Of a stretch of 20,897 nucleotides of DNA, positions 1-9,914 are shown piece by piece. Within the stretch, counting starts at the first letter, position 1. Each line of letters begins with the position of its first letter. The position numbers and the translations under genes were made by a program. The stretch is from assembly GCF_006345805.1 (NCBI RefSeq), contig NW_021823850.1, forward strand, positions 1-20,897, written 5' to 3'. Source of the DNA: Octopus sinensis. Its lineage: Eukaryota. The notes beneath the pieces were generated by a model. It was given only the letters and a program-made list of their open reading frames with translations, did no database searches and was not told the origin of the DNA.

Positions 1-540
1 AGGTAGGTAGGTAGTAGGTAGGTAGGTAGTAGGTAGGTAGAGGTATAGATGGGAAACAAATATCGTATCAGCTACAATATTATCTATTCCGTTAAGGCGA
101 GTAGCGACAAGGTTGTAAATTTGGTTCGTTGCATTCTTCTGGCCGCTGCCTCCTCGAATGAATACTTAATGACTACTGTGACACGTTAATGAACCCACTG
201 ATAATGATGACAAACGATGTGTGAGATCCTTCTCTCTAAGAGCATTATAGCAAGAGAAATATGCAAACGTTAGGACTAATCAAAAGTGTGCAGTTGCTAG
301 ATATATTCCAAGATATCCAGTCTGACTCAAGTGGACACACAGAGCAGAAGTTTGGGATTTGCATGAACGACTTAAACAAGACGTGTAGATGAGGGTTTGG
401 TAACAAAAGCCTCCAGTGATAGCAATACCGGAAACTATTAACGAATTCATAAATTATAGTGAAAGTGAATTTATGGCGTGATGGTTAACGAATAGTGATT
501 CCAGCCACATAACAACTTGACTAATATTTGCTTTATCATT

Positions 541-775
541 TATCTTTTATCTATTTCACACATTAAATTGCGGCTATGCTACAGCACCACATTGAAGGGA
601 TTAGCTGAACAAATCGACTGGAGTACTTTTTTTTTTCTTTTTAAAGTCTGGTACATATTCTATAGAACTCTTTTCGCCGATCTGCTAAGTTACGGAGACA
701 TAAACAAGCCAGCAACGCCTGTCAAGAGGCGGTGGTCACCCCACACAAAGCTCACACTCACACACACTAGATATA
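541..775 (-). mobile_element. 3' half of a CORE-type tRNA SINE (OR2-like, 'family C'), running into a CA/TA microsatellite
   Basis: Diverged match to the reverse-strand copies at 5086-5262 and 18424-18590 (gcggc.atgct..agcacc.c.ttgaag ... aatcgac ... ttttcgccga..cgctaagttacgg..ac.taaaca ... gtcaag.ggcggtggt). The 5' CORE half is not found. Confidence 0.7.
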
Positions 776-832
776 CATGCGCACACGTATGCATATATAT
801 ATATATATATAGATATATATATATATATATAA

Positions 833-873
<41 letters not shown>

Positions 874-930
874 CCACCGCAGTATATCTAAATACATATA
901 TAAATATATATATACATACATATATATATT

Positions 931-1125
931 CAAAATGTGACCGCGTGTGTACACCGTTGGCGATTTTTTTTCCTTCGTCTTCCCTTCTCTGGATCTTTCT
1001 TTCTCCTGTTTCTCTGACGAAGAGCTCCGCTCGAAACGTTAGACACTCCTTCTTTCCTGAGCGTCCAATAATACTATACTTGTTCCACGTCCTCGCGTTG
1101 TTGTGTTTCTTTTGTGCTTTCTTGT
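931..1125 (+). mobile_element. Short non-autonomous element resembling a Penelope-like element 3' end/pLTR, embedded in TA microsatellite
   Basis: Pyrimidine-rich tract, then CTGACGAAGAGC-TCC-GCTCGAAACGTT, then cctgagcg..taatac. The related copy at 3205-3362 has the same architecture. CTGAnGAAG...CGAAAC at element ends is characteristic of PLE termini. Confidence 0.65.
1007..1045 (+). ncRNA. Minimal type I hammerhead ribozyme motif with intact core
   Basis: Core CUGACGA 1014-1020, extra A at 1021, stem II GAGC(1022-1025)/GCUC(1029-1032), GAAAC 1033-1037, predicted cleavage triplet GUU 1038-1040. Stem I is UCU(1011-1013)/AGA(1041-1043). Stem III is reduced to the palindrome AACGUU. Confidence 0.6.
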
Positions 1126-1237
1126 ATATATATATATATATATATACATATATACACATATATATATATTATATACATATATATATATATACACGCAGTA
1201 TATCTAAATACATATATAAATATATATATACATACAC

Positions 1238-1284
<47 letters not shown>

Positions 1285-1476
1285 GTGGTATCTGGGGAGA
1301 GTCATTTTCTTTTTGTGCCTTATAATTTGATACACTCACCGGTAAAATTTCCACTTATTTCTTATTTTTATTTTCCTAAAATTTTCGTTGCGTCTTGCAA
1401 CCTTTTCAATAGTCTTGTCTCTGTCCGTTAGTTACACTGCGTTCCTTTTTGTTTGTTAGTGCGCATGTTTGTGAGT

Positions 1477-1523
<47 letters not shown>

Positions 1524-1748
1524 CTATGCACCGAATCCCAAAAACGAAATATATATATATAGACTAAAAATCCAAGATAATTCCTTATGTATGACAAGTT
1601 AATCCAAATATCGTTTAGATGAATTTTTAAGAAATTTGGAGTATAAGACAACAAGAATGAGAATAAGGAAAATCACATCTTTAATTGGTGATTACACCAT
1701 CCATTCATTACCGACAATCGTTTCCGTTGTGTCAACAGATTTAAATAC

Positions 1749-1967
1749 AAGGTGGCGAGCTGGCAGAAATGTTAGTACGCCGGACGAAATACTTAGCGGT
1801 ATTTACGTTCTGCCTTTACGTTCTGAGTTCAAATTCCGCCTAAGTCGACTTTACCTTTCATCCTTTCGGGGTCGATAAATTAAGTACCAGTTGCGTACTG
1901 CGGTCGATCGAATCGACTGCCCCTCCACCATCTCAAAATTTCGGGCTTTGTGCCTACCGTAGAAAAA
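1749..1967 (+). mobile_element. tRNA-like SINE 'family A', near full length, tail type 1
   Basis: Head ggcgagctggcagaa, gttcaaattcc B-box-like motif, body gcctttcatcctttcggggtcgataaattaagtaccag. Several related copies occur in the window. Confidence 0.85.
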
Positions 1968-2019
1968 ACATATTTAAATACAGAAAATATCAGCCAAATT
2001 AGTATGTTCCAAAATATAT

Positions 2020-2106
2020 GCATTTCCTCAAGATGCTACGCAGCGATTGAACCCGGAATTATGAGATTAAGAAGCAAATTTCTTACCACCTAGGCATGCC
2101 TGTACC
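2020..2106 (-). mobile_element. Degenerate 5' head fragment of family C SINE
   Basis: caagatgctacgcagcgattgaacccggaa...aagcaaatttcttaccac aligns with 7932-8012 and 18742-18780. Confidence 0.6.
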
Positions 2107-2901
2107 TATTTTATGTATTTCTCTTCTTTTTGCTGAACTGGCTGCTAGTTCGTAACCCGTGTGTTCCTGGCAAATATATTCTATCTATCTTGATATCATT
2201 CCACCTAAAGTTAAAACAGCGAGAATATAGAGTCACCATAAACAAGAATGTTTGAGACAGATTAGCTTCCCATCAAGCGAAAAGCATTTTGTAAGCGAAA
2301 TCATGCTTCACTACACAGCAACAACAGTTAAAACAAGCGAACGAAGAAGCTTCTATGTGGTCACTCAGTCTGCTACAAATAATAATCTAATTCTTCTTTA
2401 AATCATATTTTATATCATACTGTGTAATACATTTGGAGGTGGGAGCTAAACGAGAGCAATAACAGCGGGTTAAACAAGCTAAAATCTAGGAAAATAAAGG
2501 TCACACCGGATAACGGAGGCCGAAAAATAGATGAGAACATTTTAGTTGGAATACTGTTGGGCAGAGAACTGTTGTATAGTTAAAAATTGTATTTAAATGG
2601 TAAACGTTCCAAATAGTTTATTCTCGGGAGAGAAGAGCTTGCGTTACACTGCCTGTGCGAGTTTTGGGTATAGTTGTCAGAAACTAAAGTCAAAATCCGT
2701 CTTCTGAACTTAATATTATCACATGTGGCAAATCGAATCGGTCTTGAGGTGACTGTGTGGTAAGAAGTTTGTTTCCCAACCACATGGTTCCGGATCCATT
2801 CCCACTGCGCGGCACCTTGGGCAAGTGTCATCTACTATAGACTCGGGCCGACCAAAGCCCTATGAGTGGATTTGGTAGACGGAAACTGAAAGAAGCATGA
2901 A

Positions 2902-2966
<65 letters not shown>

Positions 2967-3191
2967 CAGGGTTGGCCAGAAGTCACCCGACAGTAAATCA
3001 AAATCCCATAAATACTATCTGTAATTCTGTATTGACTCAAATGTGCCGCTCAAGTAGGACTTCCACTTGAACATATTTCATGATGTTTCATATTTAGATG
3101 CTTTCATTAAATTCTTTTAGTTGTTAAACATAAATAAATCTTGGAATTAAATGGTTTTGATTTACTGTCAGGTGACTTTTGGCCAACGCTG
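2967..3191. mobile_element. 225-bp Tc1/mariner-type MITE
   Basis: 37-bp TIRs at 2967-3003 and 3155-3191 match at 34/37 positions, begin with CAG, and are flanked by TA (2965-2966, 3192-3193). The interior is AT-rich and non-coding. Confidence 0.92.
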
Positions 3192-3204
3192 TATATATAT
3201 ATAT

Positions 3205-3362
3205 TTTTTTTTTCTTTCCTTGTTTTTTCTGTGTCCCTTTCTGTAGAAGAGCGTAGGCTCAAAACGTAAAATACTTTTTCTATTCCTGAGCATTATACTA
3301 ATACACCTGTTTGTTTTCTACACCACCTGTCTTCGTCTTTTGTTTTTTTTCGTAATCTCTCC
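3205..3362 (+). mobile_element. Second PLE-end-like short element with a decayed hammerhead motif
   Basis: CTGTAGA-A-GAGC-gtag-GCTC-AAAAC-GTA at 3241-3268, followed by cctgagc..taatac. Same layout as 931-1125. Confidence 0.6.
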
Positions 3363-3891
3363 CTATATATATCTTTGTGTCTGCGTTTGACTCCACCACC
3401 CTTTGACTACCGGTATTGGTGTGTTTACATCCTCATAAGTTAGACTGACAGAATAAGTACTGGGGCCGATTCATTCGACTAAAATTCTTTAATGTGGTGC
3501 TTCAGCATGGCCGCAGTCTCATGACTGAAACAAGTAAAAGATAAAAGATTGTGTACTAATTAAAACTAAGATCAACAATGTGGGCGCCAAATAACTAATT
3601 TCTTAAGCAATTAACAATTAGAAAATGCTCATTAAATAATTCAAGTTTTCACTTTACTTCTATTGTCAATTGTATTCAATGAATCGATCTTTAGTTATGT
3701 AAAATCTTATTTATTTTTTTTATTTTTGTTATAAATTCTTCACATCTTGCCAGATTTTATTTTAAACCAATAAATACGTCATCTCTCAATTTAACATTCA
3801 CGATCGAGGTTGGCAGGCTACTGTTCAGACTTGATCAACGATGTTCCGTCTATGACCATCCTATCTTTTTGGTAAATATAAAGGCATCTTG

Positions 3892-4203
3892 TTGTTGTTG
3901 TTTGTTCATTCTCGAGCCACGCCTGGCTCATAAGGGCCGGTTTTCCGGTTTCCTTGGTGTATAGGTTCCCCACCTGGACGGGACACCGGTCCGTCGCAGG
4001 TGAGCTGCAAGATGCAGGAGGAAAGAGTGAGAGAAAGTTGTGGCGAAAGAATCAGCAGAAGTTTCGCCATTACCTTCTGCCGGAGCTGCGTGGAGCTTAG
4101 GTGTTTCGCTCATAAACACACACATCACCCGGTCTGAGATTCGAACCTGCGATCCCTCGACCGTGAGTCCGCTGCTCTAGCCACTAGGCCATGTGCCTCC
4201 ACA
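3892..4203 (-). mobile_element. Full-length tRNA-derived SINE 'family B' with (CAA)n tail and 12-bp TSD
   Basis: Reverse-strand A box TGGCCTAGTGG and B box GGTTCGAATC. TSD AAAGGCATCTTG at 3880-3891 and 4204-4215. About 94% identical by hand alignment to 14448-14756. Confidence 0.93.
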
Positions 4204-4423
4204 AAAGGCATCTTGGACTACTTAGACGACATAGAACAATGTGTCCTTCCACATTTATAGGACTGCGATTCGAATCGGGCTGACTAACAAAGATGTTTTC
4301 TACGGTTATATCATCATTTGGGTAAATGTAAGCGCATCTTGGACTACATTATCCAATGTGTTCTTCCACTGTTTAAAAAGCTGCAATAGGATTTCACAAT
4401 GATTTTTGTTCATATTTCTCGCA

Positions 4424-4632
4424 CGTAAGGCAGCGAGCTAGTAGAGTTGTTAGCACGCCGGGCGAAGTGCTTAGCGGCATTTTGTCCGTCTTTATGCTCT
4501 GAGTTCAAATTCTGCTGAGATCGATTTTGCCTTTCATCCTTTCGAGGTCGATAAAATAAGTACCAGATGAGTACTGGGGATCAATGAAATCGACTTAATC
4601 CGAAATTGCTGGCCATGTTCCAAACTTTGGAA
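4424..4632 (+). mobile_element. Family A SINE copy
   Basis: aaggcagcgagct head, gagttcaaattc, gcctttcatcctttcgaggtcgataaaataagtaccag. Confidence 0.85.
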
Positions 4633-4647
4633 TAGATAATCCTCGCA

Positions 4648-4845
4648 CGTAAGGCAGCGAGCTGGCAAGAATTGTTAGCACGCTGGGCGAAATGCTTAGC
4701 GGCATTTCGTCCATCTTTACGTTCTGAGCTCGGATTCTATCGAGGTTGACCTTGCCTTTCGTCCTTTCGGAGTTCATAACATAAGTAGCAGATGAGATGC
4801 CCCTACACCATAATTTCTGGCCTTGTACCAAAATTTGAAACCAAT
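4648..4845 (+). mobile_element. Family A SINE copy, head-to-tail with the previous one
   Basis: Same head and body. The tail reads atttctggccttgtaccaaaatttgaaacc. Confidence 0.8.
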
Positions 4846-4880
4846 ATTAAACTGAGTTTTTTCTTCTTCTTCTTCTTCAA

Positions 4881-4935
4881 GCGGCGAGCTGGCAGAATCG
4901 TTGGCACGCTGGGAATTTCATCCTCTTTACTTTCT
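4881..4935 (+). mobile_element. Family A SINE head fragment
   Basis: gcggcgagctggcagaatcgttggcacgctggg matches the family A head. Confidence 0.65.
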
Positions 4936-5375
4936 GAATGTAAACTTCGCCACCCTTTCCCACCTTTTCAATCCTCTCAGAAACATCAATTAGTCACCAA
5001 TAAACACCAATTTAGTCTAAGTCCATATGCCACGACATACTCGGGGTTAAACTGATCGAATAGATCGTTGTTTTATATTTATTTTATTTTACTTGTTTCA
5101 GTCATTATACAGTGGCACCGCCTTCAAGAATGTTTAGTCCAATGAATCGACCCCAGTTCTCATTGTTTTTAAAGAATGATACGTTTGCCGAAGCACTAAG
5201 TTACGAGAACGAAAATACATCAACACCGGTTCACAAGCGGTGGTGGGAGACAAAGACACGAAGGCACACACGTGCGCGTGCAGACATACACACATCAAAC
5301 AAACAAACACAAAGTCTTGTTGCTTTGTTAGGAAACTGCTTGTCAGAGGAGCTTAAATTAAACTCAAAGAAAAAC

Positions 5376-5389
5376 ATACACACATACAA

Positions 5390-5425
<36 letters not shown>

Positions 5426-5428
5426 ACA

Positions 5429-5462
<34 letters not shown>

Positions 5463-5702
5463 CATACATACATACATACATGCATACATTCATACAAACA
5501 TACATACAAACATACATACATACATACATACATACATTCATACATACACGCATACATACATACAAACATACATACATACATACATACATACATTCATGCA
5601 TACATACATATATACATACATACATACATAGAAACATACATACATACATACATACATACATACATACATACATACATACATACATACATACATACATACA
5701 TA
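5376..5702. repeat. (CATA)n/(CA)n microsatellite, about 325 bp
   Basis: Direct observation. It produces the HTYI/MYVC pseudo-ORFs. Confidence 0.98.
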
Positions 5703-7826
5703 CGGTTCTAAGACAGTTGCATACTGGTCATTTCCGTCCCGGACAACTGCGTACCAGACAAATGGGTCTCTAGACAATTGCATCCCTGGACATTTGCGTC
5801 CCTAGACAAATTATTTTGAAATTTTATTTATCTTTTTTCGTGTGTACTTTTTGTTTATTCGGAACAGTTGATTATTAAAGGTAGTTGTAAATAAACACAT
5901 TTAATAACTCTAAACAAGAGAGTAGGTAATAATAAATATTTAAAATAGGAATAAAATAAATAAATGAGTTTAAAACTTACGTTTTTTCTTTTGTTTGTTC
6001 AAAAAATGGAAACAGATTAACAATATTAAAAAATATTTCAAAATTTAAAAGTTATTTTAGTTTCACAAATAAATCAAAAGGTGTGAATGTTGTGAGCTAT
6101 TCCTTTCAAGAAATTTATCATGTTTTCAGGAGCATACTTATCTAATAAGGCCATGCTTCTCTTAGTTGTAGTTTTATTTTTTTTGCCGTACTAGAAAACC
6201 TTTTTGAAAGTCCCTTTTTTTTCTTTAAGACAATAGCCTCCTCCTTTTTCAGTGTCCCAATCAATTTCCAAATAGAGGGGTTTTGACACGATAAAGAATG
6301 TTGCTAAGCATTGTCCAATCCCTCTGAGCTGTTATTAGATCTTGGCAACTGATTTATAACCCTTTCTCGGACATTCCAAGACGGGATAGAAAAAATTGGT
6401 TCCATCCTTATCCCTCTCCAGCCTTTTGCATGGCAAGTTTCAAAACAGACGGCAAATTCTGGAGGCAAACTACAGTTATTGGACAAGTCAACAAAACCGT
6501 CGACAACGTCAATTAAATGAAGAAGTGACAAGGCGGAAAGAAACATCTAATTTTCAAATTGAATACTTCATCTTCTCTATACTGTTGTCTTAATCCTATG
6601 TTACAGATTTTATTAAAAATAGACTTAGATAAATGAAAGAGACATGAACTTATTGTTACTTCTGGAAACTTTTCTACAAAACCTTTCTGAGTTCCTATTT
6701 CAAAGTCTGTCTGCGGTATGAGTGGCAACAAATATGTGAAGAGACGAACATGTTTCTTTTGTCCTGTCTGGAAGAAGGGCAAAAACTCTGGGAATACTAA
6801 ATGTACGTTCTTGGATATGGATAGAATATAGCTGATAATATATTGATGAACTGACTTTAAAGGTACCATCTGCTGCTGAGTTAGTAAAATTTATGAAATC
6901 TTCAAAGCCATCTACCGTTGCAAATATTAGTATCTTAGTAATCTATTCTCGTCATCGATGCCAGAATCAAGTGCAAGGAACTTCTCTCCCGTTGCAAGAA
7001 AACCGTAAGATTCTGATATCTCAAAATTATTCCTTTGCTGTGGAATTGGTAGCGCATTTTGTGCTTTTTGTCTCCATCGACATACATTTCTTTCCATTGA
7101 TGATAAAGAGGGTAATTGAAAACCGATCTTCAATAGCGATCGTAGCTCCAATAAGACTTCTTGCTGGTTCGCATACTGAAATTGAAGTAGTTTTCAACTC
7201 GGACGTAACTTCTTGTGCTCTAACTTTAGCAGCCGAGGATCCATGGTTATGTTCATTACATTATGTTGTGACTGAGTCATTCACTGTATGTATTCTTGCT
7301 TTGCACGATCGCTCAACACATCACCAGTATGTTTTTGCTTCATCGGCGTTTATCTTATGATAGTGGTAGCTGTAATTTTCCTCGTCAAAAACATCTTTCC
7401 ACCAATGTTAGATTTTTCTAAACTCAACCATGAGTTTCAAATAAAACTTTACATTATAAAATCCAGAATGTATAAGTTTAAAGTTCGCACTGCTCGAATT
7501 AACTAAAATTACTAGTTTAAATTTCTTCTGCTTTAAAAAATAAGAATATACCTTTTGTGTTGGTGTACAATTAGGGTATCTACCTGTTTGATTAACGAGC
7601 TATTTGAGCAACTGTTGGAACGTATTCTCCTAAAAAAAAATGTGTATTTAAAAAAAGTAAACGTGTAAAACATTTTTTTATGATAAAAGATTACCAGAAG
7701 TACGCATTTGTGCAGGCATTTGTCAAGAGACGCATTTGTCTAAGAACGCAAATGTCCAGAGATGCAATTGTCTGGTACGCAGTTGTCCGGGACGCAAATG
7801 TCCAGTAGGCAACTGTCCGTCCATCC
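5703..7826 (-). mobile_element. Mutator-superfamily (MULE) DNA transposon, Phantom-like, about 2.1 kb, defective
   Basis: Inverted termini at about 5712-5810 and 7700-7817 are built from 7-8 tandem 15-16-bp units (consensus RGACAWWTGCRTCCC-like). An internal FLYWCH+MULE pseudogene lies between them. Confidence 0.92.
6074..7431 (-). pseudogene. FLYWCH zinc finger + MULE (DDE) transposase pseudogene with several stops and frameshifts
   Basis: Manual translation across frames gave: YW*C..RSCKARIH...HNH (7329-7243, FLYWCH); DGTFK (6870-6856, first catalytic D); TDFE (6710-6699, second D); CLFHL (6644-6630); RSNNSSEG (6342-6319, catalytic E); PSIWKLI..LKKEE; FLKGIAHN then stop at 6074-6076. Confidence 0.93.
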
Positions 7827-8070
7827 ATACATACATAAACACATACGACGGGTTTCGTTCAGTTTCCATCTACCAAATTCACTCACACCTCCTTGGTGGA
7901 CTCGAGGCTATAGTAAAAGAAAGACACTTGGCCAAGATGTCACGCGTGGAACTGATCTCGAAACTAAACGTGGTTGGAAGCAAGCTTCTTACCACACAGC
8001 CACGCCTGCTCCTATGTTCTACACTTTACATTAATACTGGTTCCGGCAATTTCGATGATGAAAAGCATAC

Positions 8071-8585
8071 GTCGATTTTATCGACCCCAGTACGCAATTG
8101 CTACTTATTTTATCGACCCCGAAAAGATGAAAGGCAAAATCGACCTCGGTGGAATTTGAACTCAGATCGTAAAAACGGACGAAATACCTATTTCTTTACT
8201 ACCCACAAGGGGCTAAAGGCAGAGGGGACACACAAGGGCTGACAAACGGATTAAGTCGATTACATCGACCCCAGTGCGTAACTGGTACTTAATTTATCGA
8301 CCCCGAAAGGATGAAAGGCAAAGTCGACCTCGGCGGAATTTGAACTCAGAACTTAACGGCAGACGAAATACCTATTTCTTTACTAACCACAAGGGGCTTA
8401 ACACAGAGAGGATAAACAAGGACAGACAAACGGATTAAGTCGATTACATCGACCCCAGTGCGTAACTGGTACTTAATTTATCGACCCTGAAAGGATGAAA
8501 GGCAAAGTGAACCTCGGCGGAATTTAAACTCAGAACGTAACGGCAGACGAAATACGGCTCCGCATTTCGCCCGGCGAGCTAACGT
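8071..8585 (-). mobile_element. Family A SINE concatemer: three units, 184-bp period, tail type 2
   Basis: Junction gacgaaatac|ctatttcttt at 8187/8188 and 8371/8372. A 5'-truncated head is present only on the last unit (8556-8585). Confidence 0.92.
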
Positions 8586-8798
8586 ATTTGAACTTAATAT
8601 TGATAAAGTCGAACAAATGAAGGAGCATCTACGAAGTTGCTTTGATCAAATCACAACCTAACGACTTAAAAACTAAATAGTTGATGGTGTAATATACAGT
8701 TATATCTATCACGATGGACTGGTCACAAACGGAATGTCTTTAAACATTGATTAAGCAATATGCAGAAATCAGTCTTCAAAAGCCTTCTACTCTTCACG

Positions 8799-8799
<1 letters not shown>

Positions 8800-8844
<45 letters not shown>

Positions 8845-8874
8845 CACCACCACCACTACTACTACTACTACTAC

Positions 8875-8915
<41 letters not shown>

Positions 8916-9219
8916 ACCAACATCACCATCACCACTTTCGTCGTCCCCACTGCCAACCCCACCAATTCAGTCATATATGTATGTATGTATGTGTGTATGT
9001 GCGTATGTATGTATGTATGTATGTATGTATGTGTGTATGTATGTATGTATGTATGCATGTATGTACATGTGTGTATGTATGTATGTATGTATGCATGTAT
9101 GTATGTACGTATGTATGTATGTATGTATGTATGTATGTATGTATGTATGTATGTATGTATGTATGTATGTATGTATGTATGTACGTATGTATGTATATGT
9201 ATGTATGTATGTATGCATG
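8800..9219. repeat. (CTA/CCA)n triplets (8800-8935) followed by (ATGT)n (8973-9219)
   Basis: Direct observation. Confidence 0.97.
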
Positions 9220-9598
9220 CATTTGTCATTCTCTCTTGTCATCGATATAGCTGCCGTCTTTCCTTGATTGTCTTCTTACGTCATCCACGACAAATTGCAA
9301 TCAACTGATTAGCACTCATTAACATCACGCCGCTCCCACCACCACCGTCACCACCGCCACCACCACCGCCATCACCACCACCACCACCGCAAGCGCTATT
9401 ACCATCCTAACTGTCCTCATTTACCGCGTCTTCACTTACCGCCACCTCTTCCTCCTCCCCCTTTACTTACGACAGTGCTCCTTCCACCATTACCGCCATT
9501 TTCCCTCCATCACCATCACCATCATCATCATCATCAAACCAATAAGATGTCCGTTACTCGCCTATGAATAGTTAATCGTTTGTTTTGTCTTTCGTATA

Positions 9599-9600
<2 letters not shown>

Positions 9601-9654
<54 letters not shown>
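9601..9654. repeat. Perfect (TGC)18
   Basis: Direct observation. Confidence 0.97.
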
Positions 9655-9655
<1 letters not shown>

Positions 9656-9819
9656 ATTCTCGGTGGTGGGGGTGGGGAAGGAGGCAAAAGATGTTACACT
9701 TCTTCATTACAAATATTAATGACAGTATTATAACGTTGATTTACGACTATTGCAGTTATTGTTGCTGTTGTTGTTTAGTATTGCTATTACAGATAATAGT
9801 TGTTGCTGTCGTTGTTGCT

Positions 9820-9860
9820 CTTGTATACTATTATTGTTATTATTATTATTATTATTATTA

Positions 9861-9914
<54 letters not shown>

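Larger units (their letters stand above)
2740..3549 (+). mobile_element. Family C CORE-SINE (OR2-like) split by two insertions in its internal microsatellite
   Basis: The 5' part 2740-2897 has a tRNA-like head and the CORE-like caccttgggcaagtg. The 3' part 3372-3549 ends gactgaaacaagtaaaag. Joined, they match the reverse complement of the uninterrupted copy at 18424-18780. Confidence 0.85.
5086..8012 (-). mobile_element. Family C CORE-SINE split by the Mutator element (3' half 5086-5262, 5' half about 7835-8012)
   Basis: The two halves are collinear with the intact copy at 18424-18780. They are separated by an expanded (CATA)n tract and the 5703-7826 transposon. Confidence 0.8.

Noticed and set aside
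46-515. Non-repetitive stretch as a possible exon or old transposase
   Set aside because: The plus-strand frames I translated over about 295-400 all contain stops and show no motif I recognise. BLASTX would be needed to exclude it fully.
3928-4128. Similar ORFs at 3928-4128 and 14526-14777
   Set aside because: The similarity comes from two copies of a non-coding SINE.
5712-5810. Short regularly spaced repeats (also 7700-7817 and the 184-bp array) as a CRISPR-like array
   Set aside because: There are no unique spacers and the context is eukaryotic. They are explained as TIR subrepeats and SINE units.
6893-7360. 155-aa plus-strand ORF
   Set aside because: It is the antisense shadow of the MULE pseudogene.
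5694-7837. ACATACATA on both sides of the Mutator element as a 9-bp TSD
   Set aside because: Both flanks are (CATA)n, so the match is uninformative.
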